Shown piece after piece: positions 1 through 10,148 of a DNA stretch of 64,000 nucleotides. The notes beneath the pieces were generated by a model. The model was not told where the DNA came from. It worked only from the letters and a program-made list of their open reading frames with translations, and did no database searches. The DNA comes from Thermoproteota archaeon (GTDB lineage: Archaea > Thermoproteota > Thermoprotei > Thermofilales > B9-G17), in contig JAPDJW010000002.1 in the NCBI GenBank assembly GCA_029258885.1, forward strand, positions 320,001 through 384,000, in the 5' to 3' direction. Numbering within the stretch: position 1 is the stretch's first letter; each line of letters starts with the position of its first letter. Both the position numbers and the translations under genes were made by a program.

Positions 1-2
1 GG

Positions 3-176
3 CTTTTATTTCTGGCAGATAATAGAGCGGCAAGTGCAAGAAATGGGGTAGAAAAATATTGGAGGAATATTCTGAACAGATTATCAGAAGATATTAGAAA
101 GAACCCAGAGAAACTTGGAAAAGAACTTTTTAGTAAACTTTCGCACGGGTATATTGCGTTAAGCCTGCTTTGCTGA
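3..176 (+). CDS. 3' end of a gene truncated by the window edge, probably the CRISPR-associated HD nuclease Cas3'' (type I-A)
   Basis: Open frame LLFLADNRAASARNGVEKYWRNIL... ends at TGA 174-176. The LADxxAA motif resembles the last HD-domain motif, and the gene lies directly upstream of csa1/cas1. Confidence 0.4.
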   Translation, partial: LLFLADNRAASARNGVEKYWRNILNRLSEDIRKNPEKLGKELFSKLSHGYIALSLLC

Positions 177-416
177 TTAACTAGAAAAACTGTAATATGA
201 TAATAGCATGGAGTTATCGGCTAAGATTATTGATATGAAAGGTTAATTAGTTTCCTTAACAAATAGTTTATAGCATTATAATGGAATATAGGCATATTGC
301 TTTTTAATGGATATTGCTTACCATTCATTAAGGATGTTTAATTGCATATATTAAGCAAGAAATACCATAATTATAATCTTTTTACCATTTATTAAAGATG
401 TTTTCTGGTATTTAAT

Positions 417-1364
417 ATGATGATTCTCTATCGTTTGGATAGTGCTTTGAAGCGTGTTAATTTGTTGGTTTCTCGTGTTGGGGTTTCTAGTGAGCTTAGG
501 GGTTGGTGTTGGGATAGGCCTCCTGTTGAGCCTCCTGTTCATGGTGTTTATTTGCCGATTTATGAGCTTGCTAATAGGTATTGTGAGAGTATGCGTGATA
601 TTTATTTGAGGTATGTTGAGGGTGTTGAGGTTAAGCCTAATGTTGCTATGGTTGAGGGTAGGGTTTATCATGAGGTTGTGAAATCTGTTCTTACACTTGC
701 TAAGAAGGTTGTGTATGGCTTGGATATTGTTGAGGGCTTTAGGCTTCTTCAGATTATGTCTTCCAGGAGGAAAAGCTATCTTAATGGCATCTTGAAGTCC
801 TGTTTGAAGCCTATTGATGCATCTGATGTTGAGAGTGAGGTTGCTAGGCTTAAGGCTAGGGCGTGTAATTTATGGAACTACTTGACGCTCTACGTCTCAT
901 CTAACCTGGATTTGGTTAGGTCCCGCTATAGGACTATTGAGCTCGACTCTCTGGTTGCTCTCGCTATCCCCCATATTGTTGAGTTTAAGGTTGATGGTAC
1001 GTTGCTTGGTTTGAGCCGTGAGCTTTCTGTTGATGTATTTAATCCACAGAATGTTGTTCTCGAGATTAAGACGGGTAGGAGGATGCGTTTCCATAGGTTT
1101 GTTGTCGGAGGCTATGCTTTAGCTCTTGAGTCCGCTAATGAGGTTCCGGTTAATCTTGGCGCTGTAATGTACATACACTTTGATCAACGTAATCTGCCGG
1201 TTGTAACATTGAACTATCATTTCATTGGTGATGAGATTAGGAGGGATTTCCTGGAGCTTAGGGATACTGCTCTCGAGATAATCTATAATGAGAGAGATCC
1301 AGGACTCCCTCCAAAGTGCTACAAGTACTGTGTCTATAGGGAGTATTGTAGGGGAAGGCGTTGA
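417..1364 (+). CDS. csa1: Type I-A CRISPR-associated Cas4-like protein Csa1
   Basis: LRGWCWDRPPVEP...ELANRYCESMRD N-terminus, VDVF...LEIKTG PD-(D/E)xK core, C-terminal CxxCxYxxYC Fe-S ligands, adjacent to cas1. Confidence 0.9.
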   Translation: MMILYRLDSALKRVNLLVSRVGVSSELRGWCWDRPPVEPPVHGVYLPIYELANRYCESMRDIYLRYVEGVEVKPNVAMVEGRVYHEVVKSVLTLAKKVVYGLDIVEGFRLLQIMSSRRKSYLNGILKSCLKPIDASDVESEVARLKARACNLWNYLTLYVSSNLDLVRSRYRTIELDSLVALAIPHIVEFKVDGTLLGLSRELSVDVFNPQNVVLEIKTGRRMRFHRFVVGGYALALESANEVPVNLGAVMYIHFDQRNLPVVTLNYHFIGDEIRRDFLELRDTALEIIYNERDPGLPPKCYKYCVYREYCRGRR

Positions 1365-2389
1365 AGGTTCTCGTTGTTGAGAGGTATGGATGCTTTATCG
1401 GCTGTAGAAACGGTAAGGTCGTGGTTAGGAGTAAGCGTGAAAAGCTCGCCGAGGAGCCAGCCGTTAACTTGAGGGTTGTCCGCGTTAAATGTAGGGGTAC
1501 ATCTATTTCAGGGGATTTTATTAGGCTTGCTGTTAGACACGGTATTTTTACGGTTTTTACCTCTAGCTCTGGTAGGCCTATAGGTGTTGTAGCACCATTT
1601 ATTCCTAAGTCGAGTATTCTCGTCCGTAGGGAGCAGTATAAGGCCTATAGCGACTATAGGTGTATTGAGCTTGCGAGGGGCTTCATATATGGGAAGATAC
1701 ATAACCAGGAGAGCCTGCTTAGGAGCGTTATTAAGAGTAAACGTAGCCTGAATACGGGGGTAAAGCTTATTCTAGTGAGTACTATTGAGGAGTTAAGGGA
1801 TCTTAGGAACAGCCTATACGCTAGGAGTTTTAATGATGTACAGGAGGCTCGAACTGAAATATTGTCCATTGAGGCTATAGCTGCGGAGAAGTATTGGAGC
1901 TGCTGGAAGACGATACTTCCCGAGGAATTGGAGTTTCCGGGCAGGAGGAAGCGCTCCGATATGCCCGAGGATCCGGTTAACATTATGCTCAACTATCTGT
2001 ATTCGATTCTCGCCTCAGAGGTGTGGATAGCGTTGCTGGTATCTGGATTGGATCCGATAGCAGGCTTTCTACATATGGATAGCCCTAGGCGGCCTGGATT
2101 AGTATATGATTTGATGGAGGAGTTTAGAGCGCCGATTGTCGATAAGGTTGTTTTGAATATAGCGTTGAAGGAGGGTGGTTCACTTAAGTCCTGGATAGAT
2201 GATAGGATGAGGCTGACTAAGGAGGCACGTATGTTGCTGAGCAGTAGTATGCTGGAGAGGCTTGAGGTTAAGTACAGCTATGGTGGGGTTAAGCTGCCGT
2301 TTAGACTGCATATTTTAAGGCAGAGTAGGAAGATTGTACGTTATCTACGTGGAATGTCTCCACGATACGTCCCGTTTAGGTGGAAGTAG
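1361..2389 (+). CDS. cas1: CRISPR-associated endonuclease Cas1
   Basis: IEAIAAEKYW, DPVNIMLNYLY, GFLH and LVYDLMEEFRAPIVD motifs. The TTG start overlaps the csa1 stop. Confidence 0.97.
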   Translation: MKVLVVERYGCFIGCRNGKVVVRSKREKLAEEPAVNLRVVRVKCRGTSISGDFIRLAVRHGIFTVFTSSSGRPIGVVAPFIPKSSILVRREQYKAYSDYRCIELARGFIYGKIHNQESLLRSVIKSKRSLNTGVKLILVSTIEELRDLRNSLYARSFNDVQEARTEILSIEAIAAEKYWSCWKTILPEELEFPGRRKRSDMPEDPVNIMLNYLYSILASEVWIALLVSGLDPIAGFLHMDSPRRPGLVYDLMEEFRAPIVDKVVLNIALKEGGSLKSWIDDRMRLTKEARMLLSSSMLERLEVKYSYGGVKLPFRLHILRQSRKIVRYLRGMSPRYVPFRWK

Positions 2390-2686
2390 TTGGCTAGGGA
2401 AACCCTAGTTATATACGATATAAGCGATGACGGGTTAAGGCTTAAGGTAAGCAAGGTCTGCGAGTCGTTCGGCCTCGTTAGGATACAGAAGAGCGCGTTC
2501 TTGGGGAAGATGGAGAGTAGCTATAGGAAGGAGCTTATAGCTAAGCTTAGAATGTTGCTTAACAGGGAGGGGTGTGATAGGGACAATATACAGGTATTCG
2601 TCTTCAGCAGCCAATGCCTATGCGATAGGGTAATTATAGGCAGACAGTTCGGTGTAAAAGTTGAGGAGAGACTGCTATACATCTGA
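2390..2686 (+). CDS. cas2: CRISPR-associated endoribonuclease Cas2
   Basis: LVIYDISDD...FGLVRIQKSAF motif, 98 aa, follows cas1. Confidence 0.95.
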   Translation: MARETLVIYDISDDGLRLKVSKVCESFGLVRIQKSAFLGKMESSYRKELIAKLRMLLNREGCDRDNIQVFVFSSQCLCDRVIIGRQFGVKVEERLLYI

Positions 2687-3269
2687 AATCCTAATCGATG
2701 TAACGGATGTAAAACAGTACTTCTTCTGCCCGAGAATAGTATACTTCAACCACGTATTAGGCTACTACGAGAGAACAACGGAAAGTGAGGTTGAGGGAAA
2801 GGAGGTACACGAGGAACTATGGAATAAGGAGAAAAGGAGAAAGACGATCCTGAAGAAGAGAAGACTAAGCGGCTACGAGAAGATATTCGGCTTAAGGCTC
2901 TACTCAAGAAGACTAAGGCTTAAGGGGATATTGGACTGCCTAGCATATAGGGATAAAGAGTACGTACCGATAGAGTATAAGGAGACAAACTATCCAGGAT
3001 ACCTACCTGCAAACCATAAGTATCAGCTAGTAGCCTACTCACTATTAGTCGATGAGACGTACAATACGATAGTCAGATACGGATATATATACTACTCAAA
3101 ATCCGATAAACTAGCTAAAGTAAAGCTAACGATCGATATGAAAAGATACGTTAGGGAAACAGTGGATAAGATAATTAATATAATTATTAATGAATATCTA
3201 CCACCTGTAAGAACTAGGAAAAGCCGATGCATAAACTGTGGATACTATAAAATATGCCAGAGAGTATAA
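2661..3269 (+). CDS. cas4: CRISPR-associated exonuclease Cas4
   Basis: DVKQYFFCPR, LKGILD, PIEYK, QLVAY and C-terminal CxxCxYxxxC motifs. Confidence 0.95.
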   Translation: MRRDCYTSEILIDVTDVKQYFFCPRIVYFNHVLGYYERTTESEVEGKEVHEELWNKEKRRKTILKKRRLSGYEKIFGLRLYSRRLRLKGILDCLAYRDKEYVPIEYKETNYPGYLPANHKYQLVAYSLLVDETYNTIVRYGYIYYSKSDKLAKVKLTIDMKRYVRETVDKIINIIINEYLPPVRTRKSRCINCGYYKICQRV

Positions 3270-3534
3270 CATATTTTAAGCAGACGCCAGAATTATAGAC
3301 ATTATTAAAAGCCTAAATTTCAGTCAAGCTACTAAAGAACTTTAAGTTAATGCGTTTTAATAGGTAAGTATATTTAAGCAACCGTTTATTCATAGTGAAA
3401 TATTTAAAAAGAAAAACAATAATGCGTGCGCATTCTAACTCAGCATAGTACGAGATAGAAAACGGCACGGTATTTAAATAACTCGCAGAACGAAAATAAT
3501 GCTTAAATAATCAAAAGAGAAAAATAAACATAAT
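3270..3534 (+). promoter_or_regulatory. CRISPR leader
   Basis: AT-rich non-coding stretch between the cas4 stop and the first repeat, with TATA-like TTTAAATA. The opposite end of the array is degenerate. Confidence 0.8.
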
Positions 3535-6500
3535 GTGTATTTCAAGAGAATATTGAAAGCATATACATCACGATTCTCCTTACGTCTTTCAATTAAATAC
3601 TGTGTATTTCAAGAGAATATTGAAAGTCCTCAATCCAAGTCGGCCGTCCAACGTAGAATGGAATCGTGTATTTCAAGAGAATATTGAAAGTTCACGGAAC
3701 TGTGGATCCTCAACCAGAAGTTTCGGTATGTCGTGTATTTCAAGAGAATATTGAAAGCCAGCTCAAATGCCACATATGCGGTAAGGTGTTTGAGGGGGTG
3801 TATTTCAAGAGAATATTGAAAGCTTATAAACCTCCTCGACCGCCCCGGTTAAAGTGTTGGTGTATTTCAAGAGAATATTGAAAGGATATTTGGCACATAT
3901 CCTCTACAGCTTTAACGTATATGTCGTGTATTTCAAGAGAATATTGAAAGTCAAATTCCAGTAGTGCGAAAACTCCGGGGTCTCGGTGTATTTCAAGAGA
4001 ATATTGAAAGAAAACAGCTAGAGGGTCAGGGACATGATTAGTAGGCGTGTGTATTTCAAGAGAATATTGAAAGTACGCTTATCAGAGCGGTGTAGTCGCC
4101 GCCGTTTGTGAGTGTGGGTGTATTTCAAGAGAATATTGAAAGCTGCGCTTATGAATTCTTCTAGGAACTCACGTACCTTAGGTGTATTTCAAGAGAATAT
4201 TGAAAGCTATTCCATACAGCAACGAAGGGGAAAATACTATGCCAAGGTGTATTTCAAGAGAATATTGAAAGATGTATAATTATTTCTCCATCCACCCACC
4301 ATCACCCCGCATGGGTGTATTTCAAGAGAATATTGAAAGTCTTTTGAAAATAGATCAAACATACTTAATTTAAAGCCTTCTTTAGTGTATTTCAAGAGAA
4401 TATTGAAAGGCCATCACTCGTAATAGCCTGTATAGCTAGGCGGCCGTGTATTTCAAGAGAATATTGAAAGCTGAAACACTGTGCAATTTATCTTAAACGA
4501 AAATGCTAAAGTGTATTTCAAGAGAATATTGAAAGGCGTACTCGTACACGTTTACACTGTGCAATCTATTAAACGTGTATTTCAAGAGAATATTGAAAGA
4601 TCTATCCAGCGCCCTAAACTGATGCTCCGTAATATGGAGTGTATTTCAAGAGAATATTGAAAGTGTTTAATCATGATATCACTGAACTTTATTTTGTTGT
4701 CTCCGGTGTATTTCAAGAGAATATTGAAAGTCCTTAACGCTAATACGTTAGTTAGAGTCTCTGAACTTACTGTGTATTTCAAGAGAATATTGAAAGTAGA
4801 ATGCTTCTCAGCATCCGCCGACACTTCACAAGTGTATTTCAAGAGAATATTGAAAGGCGGGTAGCGTTTGCTCAAAAGTGATTTCTACATTAGTCCATTC
4901 GTGTATTTCAAGAGAATATTGAAAGTTATAACAAGCTGATTCGCTGAAGCATTAACAATAATCCTAGTGTATTTCAAGAGAATATTGAAAGTTTTTTAAT
5001 TGTTTGCGATAGCCGCGGCTAGAGCGATGGTGTATTTCAAGAGAATATTGAAAGAGGAAGGTTGAGACGCCGAGTAAAGAGATTGTTAGTGAGAAGTGTA
5101 TTTCAAGAGAATATTGAAAGCTCCCCGAAAACGATTTCCTCCATTATGCTTAGAATTAGGTGTATTTCAAGAGAATATTGAAAGTTATCATTCAATAGTG
5201 GCTTTAAACTAACAATAACAAATAGTGTATTTCAAGAGAATATTGAAAGGAATTATTTATACTCCGCCCCCACTTCTCCCGGACACGGCCGTGTATTTCA
5301 AGAGAATATTGAAAGTCTAACTTAACATGGACCTTAAGCGGTTTAAAGACTTGTGTATTTCAAGAGAATATTGAAAGCTTCAATAAGATAACGGACTATC
5401 GCTATTTCATCAAGTAGTGTATTTCAAGAGAATATTGAAAGTCTACTACGTCAACCCGGGCTTCATAATTGCGGATGCTAAGGCGTGTATTTCAAGAGAA
5501 TATTGAAAGGAGCTTATCGTAAATACGGCAAGGGGAATAGTAGCAACAGTGTATTTCAAGAGAATATTGAAAGGGACAGAATAAACCACCGCTACATCAA
5601 ACAATTCATAACAGTGTATTTCAAGAGAATATTGAAAGAGTTGTATAAATCTAATAATGCTAGAATATCTTCTCTCTTGTGTATTTCAAGAGAATATTGA
5701 AAGTGTATTGTTTCACCTGTGCTATTAACTACTTTAAGAGTGTATTTCAAGAGAATATTGAAAGTAAGTCGAAAACTGCATCGGCATTGAAAAACCACCT
5801 TGCATAGGTGTATTTCAAGAGAATATTGAAAGAGACACCGGCGGCGTACTCACTAACGTAGCAGCGCTTAAGTGTATTTCAAGAGAATATTGAAAGCCTA
5901 ATACCCAAACACACCACCCAATAAACCCAAAAACCCCAGTGTATTTCAAGAGAATATTGAAAGTATTATATCGGGGCTATGTGTATGGCCACCAGTCGGC
6001 GCGGGTGTATTTCAAGAGAATATTGAAAGATGGTAGAACTTTAATCTACCCACCAAAGGAGTATCAAAAGAAGTGTATTTCAAGAGAATATTGAAAGGTA
6101 ACACTCCAGCTGTCAACATAATCCCAATTAGGTGTATTTCAAGAGAATATTGAAAGTCTTTCTTAGCTTTTTTATTGCATCCTCTGGCTGCATAATAGTG
6201 TATTTCAAGAGAATATTGAAAGGTTCTAGTAACGGGCGTAGGTCATGGAAATCAAACGACTTTCAGTGTTATTTCAAGAGAATATTGAAAGGCAAGTGCT
6301 GATGCAAGCGGTGATTTCTACGTTACAGCAGAGTGTATTTCAAGAGAATATTGAAAGATCTATCTTGAGTACGCCCGGCATATATAATCACCCTTTCGTG
6401 TATTTCAAGAGAATATTGAAAGTTGAACCATCTTATCCACCTTTCAGCTTTTCAGTCTCAAGGTGTATTTCAAGAGAATATTGAAAGTTGGATGATTTAT

Positions 6501-7722
6501 ATAGCGATAAAAAGCTTATAGCAGTTTTTGGTGTATTTCAAGAGAATATTGAAAGAATCAGTATGATTATACGGGAAATGGAGATTGGTGGACTCCTAGT
6601 GTATTTCAAGAGAATATTGAAAGGCTATCTCCTTACCGAAATCAGTAAGCCTTATAATCCTAGGTGTATTTCAAGAGAATATTGAAAGAGTAATCTCGCT
6701 TATCTCCTCCATAAGCCAGACTAACATGTGTATTTCAAGAGAATATTGAAAGGTGTCCATTTTCGTGGCATACTATCACTTTTAACTTAAAAGTGTATTT
6801 CAAGAGAATATTGAAAGACAGTCCTGAAGCATTTCTATTTCCATCGCCTAGAAGTCCGTGTATTTCAAGAGAATATTGAAAGACCAAACCGGTCTCGTTT
6901 AGATAGTCGTAGAGATCCATTAGTGTATTTCAAGAGAATATTGAAAGTAACTGAGAGGGGGATGAGAGTGCTTGAGCTGGTTATTGAAAGTGTATTTCAA
7001 GAGAATATTGAAAGGGTGGCTGCTTTAATAGACCCAGACACGATTGAACGCTGTCGGTGTATTTCAAGAGAATATTGAAAGATACTTAAATATACGTTTT
7101 CGAAGGCATGTAATGTGCTAGGTGTATTTCAAGAGAATATTGAAAGCATACACTAGAGGTTACCAAACAAGGTTTCGAGCCATAGTGTATTTCAAGAGAA
7201 TATTGAAAGGAGATACAGTTGAGTGTCGTAGTATTCCAGTTCATCTGTATTTCAAGAGAATATTGAAAGCTTCCCCTGTAACTTTTTTCACGAAATCCTT
7301 AGCCCACCCGTGTATTTCAAGAGAATATTGAAAGGCCGCCGCAAAAGCCATGCATCCCGAACTCCCAGAAAGCTGGGTGTATTTCAAGAGAATATTGAAA
7401 GCGTCCACGACGAGCATCCCACGTACGTCTGTCCATTCTGCGTGTATTTCAAGAGAATATTGAAAGACTTATCTACTATATCTTTAAGAGGTCTGATTGC
7501 GACCATACGTGTATTTCAAGAGAATATTGAAAGTTTTGAACATGCCAGTTTCTTCCCGCATTCTCCCATGCCTAGAGTATTTCAAGAGAATATTGAAAGG
7601 TAATTAGGTTGCTTACGTAGCTGTTGCTGTAGCCCGAGTATTTCAGGAGAATATTGAAAGTAAGCCTTCCAAGAGGCATTAAAACTGTATATCGATAGCA
7701 ATTTCAAAAGAATTATTGAATT
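3535..7722 (+). CRISPR. CRISPR array, repeat GTGTATTTCAAGAGAATATTGAAAG (25 bp), about 64 repeats plus one degenerate terminal copy, spacers about 34-45 nt
   Basis: Repeats counted by eye from 3535. Internal dyad TTTCAA-N7-TTGAAA and 3' GAAAG. Variants at 6266 (extra T), 7245 (G>C), 7575 and 7636 (GAGTA...), degenerate copy at about 7698. Confidence 0.99.
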
Positions 7723-7914
7723 TTCAAAATACAGTCATTACAAGTATAGTTAAGGTATGATTTTTGGCGTATATGTTAATGCTATGATTAGAGTACCTGA
7801 TATGTGGATATCTATAGATGGAGTGTAAAGATTGTTTGTTTAGTAGGGTATCAAATGTTTTAGACAAATATTCTTATCAGTTCCTATAGAATTGTAATAA
7901 TTGGGTATTGGCGA

Positions 7915-8607
7915 ATGGCTGAGGCAATTAATGAGGATATTTTTAGAGCCTTAGCTAATAAGCATAGAAGAACAATTGTAAAAGTATTGTTTGTTAGGGG
8001 ACCCTGTAGCTATTCCGAGCTTATGAGGGAGAGTGGATTTAAGATGGGTGAAAGTGGAAGATTTGCTTATCATCTTAATAGGTTATTGGATACTGGTTTG
8101 GTTAAGCAACTTAGAGATGGTAGGTATATGCTTACAAGGCTTGGAGATAAAGCCTATAGAATTCTTAAAGAGGAGGAGGAAAAAAGCAACTATGACATAA
8201 TAAATGCCCTAGAGGGAATAACTAGGAGAATAGATGAGGATAGATTTTTCCTCGGCGGTCTATTGCTTATCCCTGCACTCTTCATACTTATTATCGGTGT
8301 CACTAATCTAGCACTTATAATAATGGGTATCCCATACAGGGTCGTAGTCGGTGGTCAAGTCTTCTACAAACATCCTAACCTACCGTTAACAATAATGTAC
8401 TTAGCGGTGGGTATTCTTCTCCTTCCTCTATCCATAAGTATTCTTAGGTCCTCATCAAAGGAGCTTTCTATACTTGAACTCTTGATATACCAAAGATACC
8501 TATTCTTGTTCCTAGCTAGGACTCCTAAACTTAAAAAGTATTTGATAGGCTATCTAATGGTAGCGGCCCTGTGCGCGTTCATCATTCTCTTTCAGATTAT
8601 TATTTAA
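7915..8607 (+). CDS. ArsR-like winged-HTH protein with a C-terminal multi-pass membrane domain
   Basis: FRALANKHRRTIVKVL...FAYHLNRLLDTGLV...YMLTRLG wHTH followed by 3-4 hydrophobic segments. Confidence 0.8.
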   Translation: MAEAINEDIFRALANKHRRTIVKVLFVRGPCSYSELMRESGFKMGESGRFAYHLNRLLDTGLVKQLRDGRYMLTRLGDKAYRILKEEEEKSNYDIINALEGITRRIDEDRFFLGGLLLIPALFILIIGVTNLALIIMGIPYRVVVGGQVFYKHPNLPLTIMYLAVGILLLPLSISILRSSSKELSILELLIYQRYLFLFLARTPKLKKYLIGYLMVAALCAFIILFQIII

Positions 8608-8826
8608 ATTATCCTGTAAGTTATGCTTCAGTAGGAGAAGTTATATGGAAATAGGGGAAAGTGGGGTGCTTCAATAATAGAGCATATATATAACGTGATT
8701 AACGAAAGAACGGCATTTCCAGCGATTATTAGATTCTAGTATGTTATAAAATTCATTAGTTTTAAGTTAGCGGAGAATTCGCCAATAAATTGTTTTATGT
8801 GGAAGGCAAGCTAGAGTATTATATGA

Positions 8827-9705
8827 TTGATGTTTGGGTTATTTTTATTAGTGTTTTCGGTGTTTTTATTGCTGGCTGATACTATGTTTTTGACTTATAC
8901 AGTTTTTAGGTTTATATTAAATAAGGATGTTATTTTGCCTAGGTTTACTGGAGGTATTGTTCTTTCTCTTGTTTTGAATCTTATCTCTATAGTTGATGAG
9001 GAGCTTGCTCGTAAGCTTCATGAGTCTAAGGCTGTTAAGCCCTACTCTGTTTCTCCCTTTATGTCTGGGGGTAGGGTTATTTTTCCACCTAAAAGTAGCT
9101 TTACCCATTTGTATGCTGGTAGAATGTATTCTTTTAGAGCCTGTTTTATCGGTGGCTTGGCTAGGACTATATTGGAGGCTTTCTCTATTCTACCAGAGGG
9201 TAGCGTTAAACTGATGAACGCCGACATGTATATTTCAGAGGTTGAGGTTAAGAGCTTAAGTTTTAGGGAGATTAAGCCTGTTGAGGCTAGCGGTGAAGGC
9301 GACGTTAAAGTAGTTTTCCTTACGCCTACTAGGTTTGCTGTTAGGAGAAGTAAGCCTATGAGGAAGCCTAAGTTCTCCCTGTTTCCAGCTCCCGAGAGGC
9401 TTTTCCACAGTATTGTTCATCACTGGAATAGTTTTGCTGGGGATAGAGTGTCGGAGCAGAAGTTCATTGACTGGGTTATAGATAACGTATACGAGGTCGA
9501 CTACCACACTAGATCCTGTAGCGTTGATATAGGTAAGGGGAGGAAGGCCGTAGGCTTTACGGGATATGTAATCTATAGGATTGAGGGATCTAAGTCTAAG
9601 AGGGACTTCGCATTAAAGCTACTAAGGTACGCGGAGTACGTCAACGTAGGCAATGCAAAATCAATGGGACTGGGAGTGGTAAGGATAGAGAAGCCCGTAA
9701 AGTAA
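8827..9705 (+). CDS. cas6: CRISPR-associated endoribonuclease Cas6 (true start probably somewhat downstream)
   Basis: KPYSVSP, VFLTPTRF, GFTGYVIY and the C-terminal glycine-rich loop VGNAKSMGLG. Confidence 0.93.
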   Translation: MMFGLFLLVFSVFLLLADTMFLTYTVFRFILNKDVILPRFTGGIVLSLVLNLISIVDEELARKLHESKAVKPYSVSPFMSGGRVIFPPKSSFTHLYAGRMYSFRACFIGGLARTILEAFSILPEGSVKLMNADMYISEVEVKSLSFREIKPVEASGEGDVKVVFLTPTRFAVRRSKPMRKPKFSLFPAPERLFHSIVHHWNSFAGDRVSEQKFIDWVIDNVYEVDYHTRSCSVDIGKGRKAVGFTGYVIYRIEGSKSKRDFALKLLRYAEYVNVGNAKSMGLGVVRIEKPVK

Positions 9706-10148
9706 TTGAAAGCCGAAATTTCTACTCCTTAAATTCACTTATGTAATTCCTTGGCATACCTACGTTAAAGGAGTAGAGTTTAATTATCTGAGGGATTCTT
9801 GAATGTCGGCTTAGTCTGTGGTCTGATGGTGTTAATTATCCTCTATCTATGACAAATGTACAGAAGATACGATTACTTTATTTCTTTTTCAATTTTATCT
9901 ATTAGTTCTTGTGCTTTATTTTCCAATTCTTCCGCTTTTCTTCTCATGTCTGCTGCCTGCTTGAGGAGGCTCTCTATAATCTGGAACATGAAGATGGTTT
10001 TCCAACACGTCTTAAACCGGTTGGGATGATTATCTGTCTATACCTATTGAATGTATTCAGGATTATAGGGAAGATTCTCCTCTATACTCTCTGCATGTAC
10101 ATATATAGAGATTCTTTAGTTGCGTTTGGCGTGGAGCTGACGATAACG

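Noticed and set aside
5446-5460. 15-nt identity between a spacer and the GH42-like gene (22220-22234), suggesting self-targeting
   Set aside because: Internal to the spacer, flanks unmatched, and compatible with chance given about 64 spacers and 128 kb of both strands.
3666-7603. ORFs listed inside the CRISPR array (e.g. 3666-3881, 4582-4875, 7310-7603)
   Set aside because: They are translations of repeats and spacers (recurring YFKRILK / VFQENIE).
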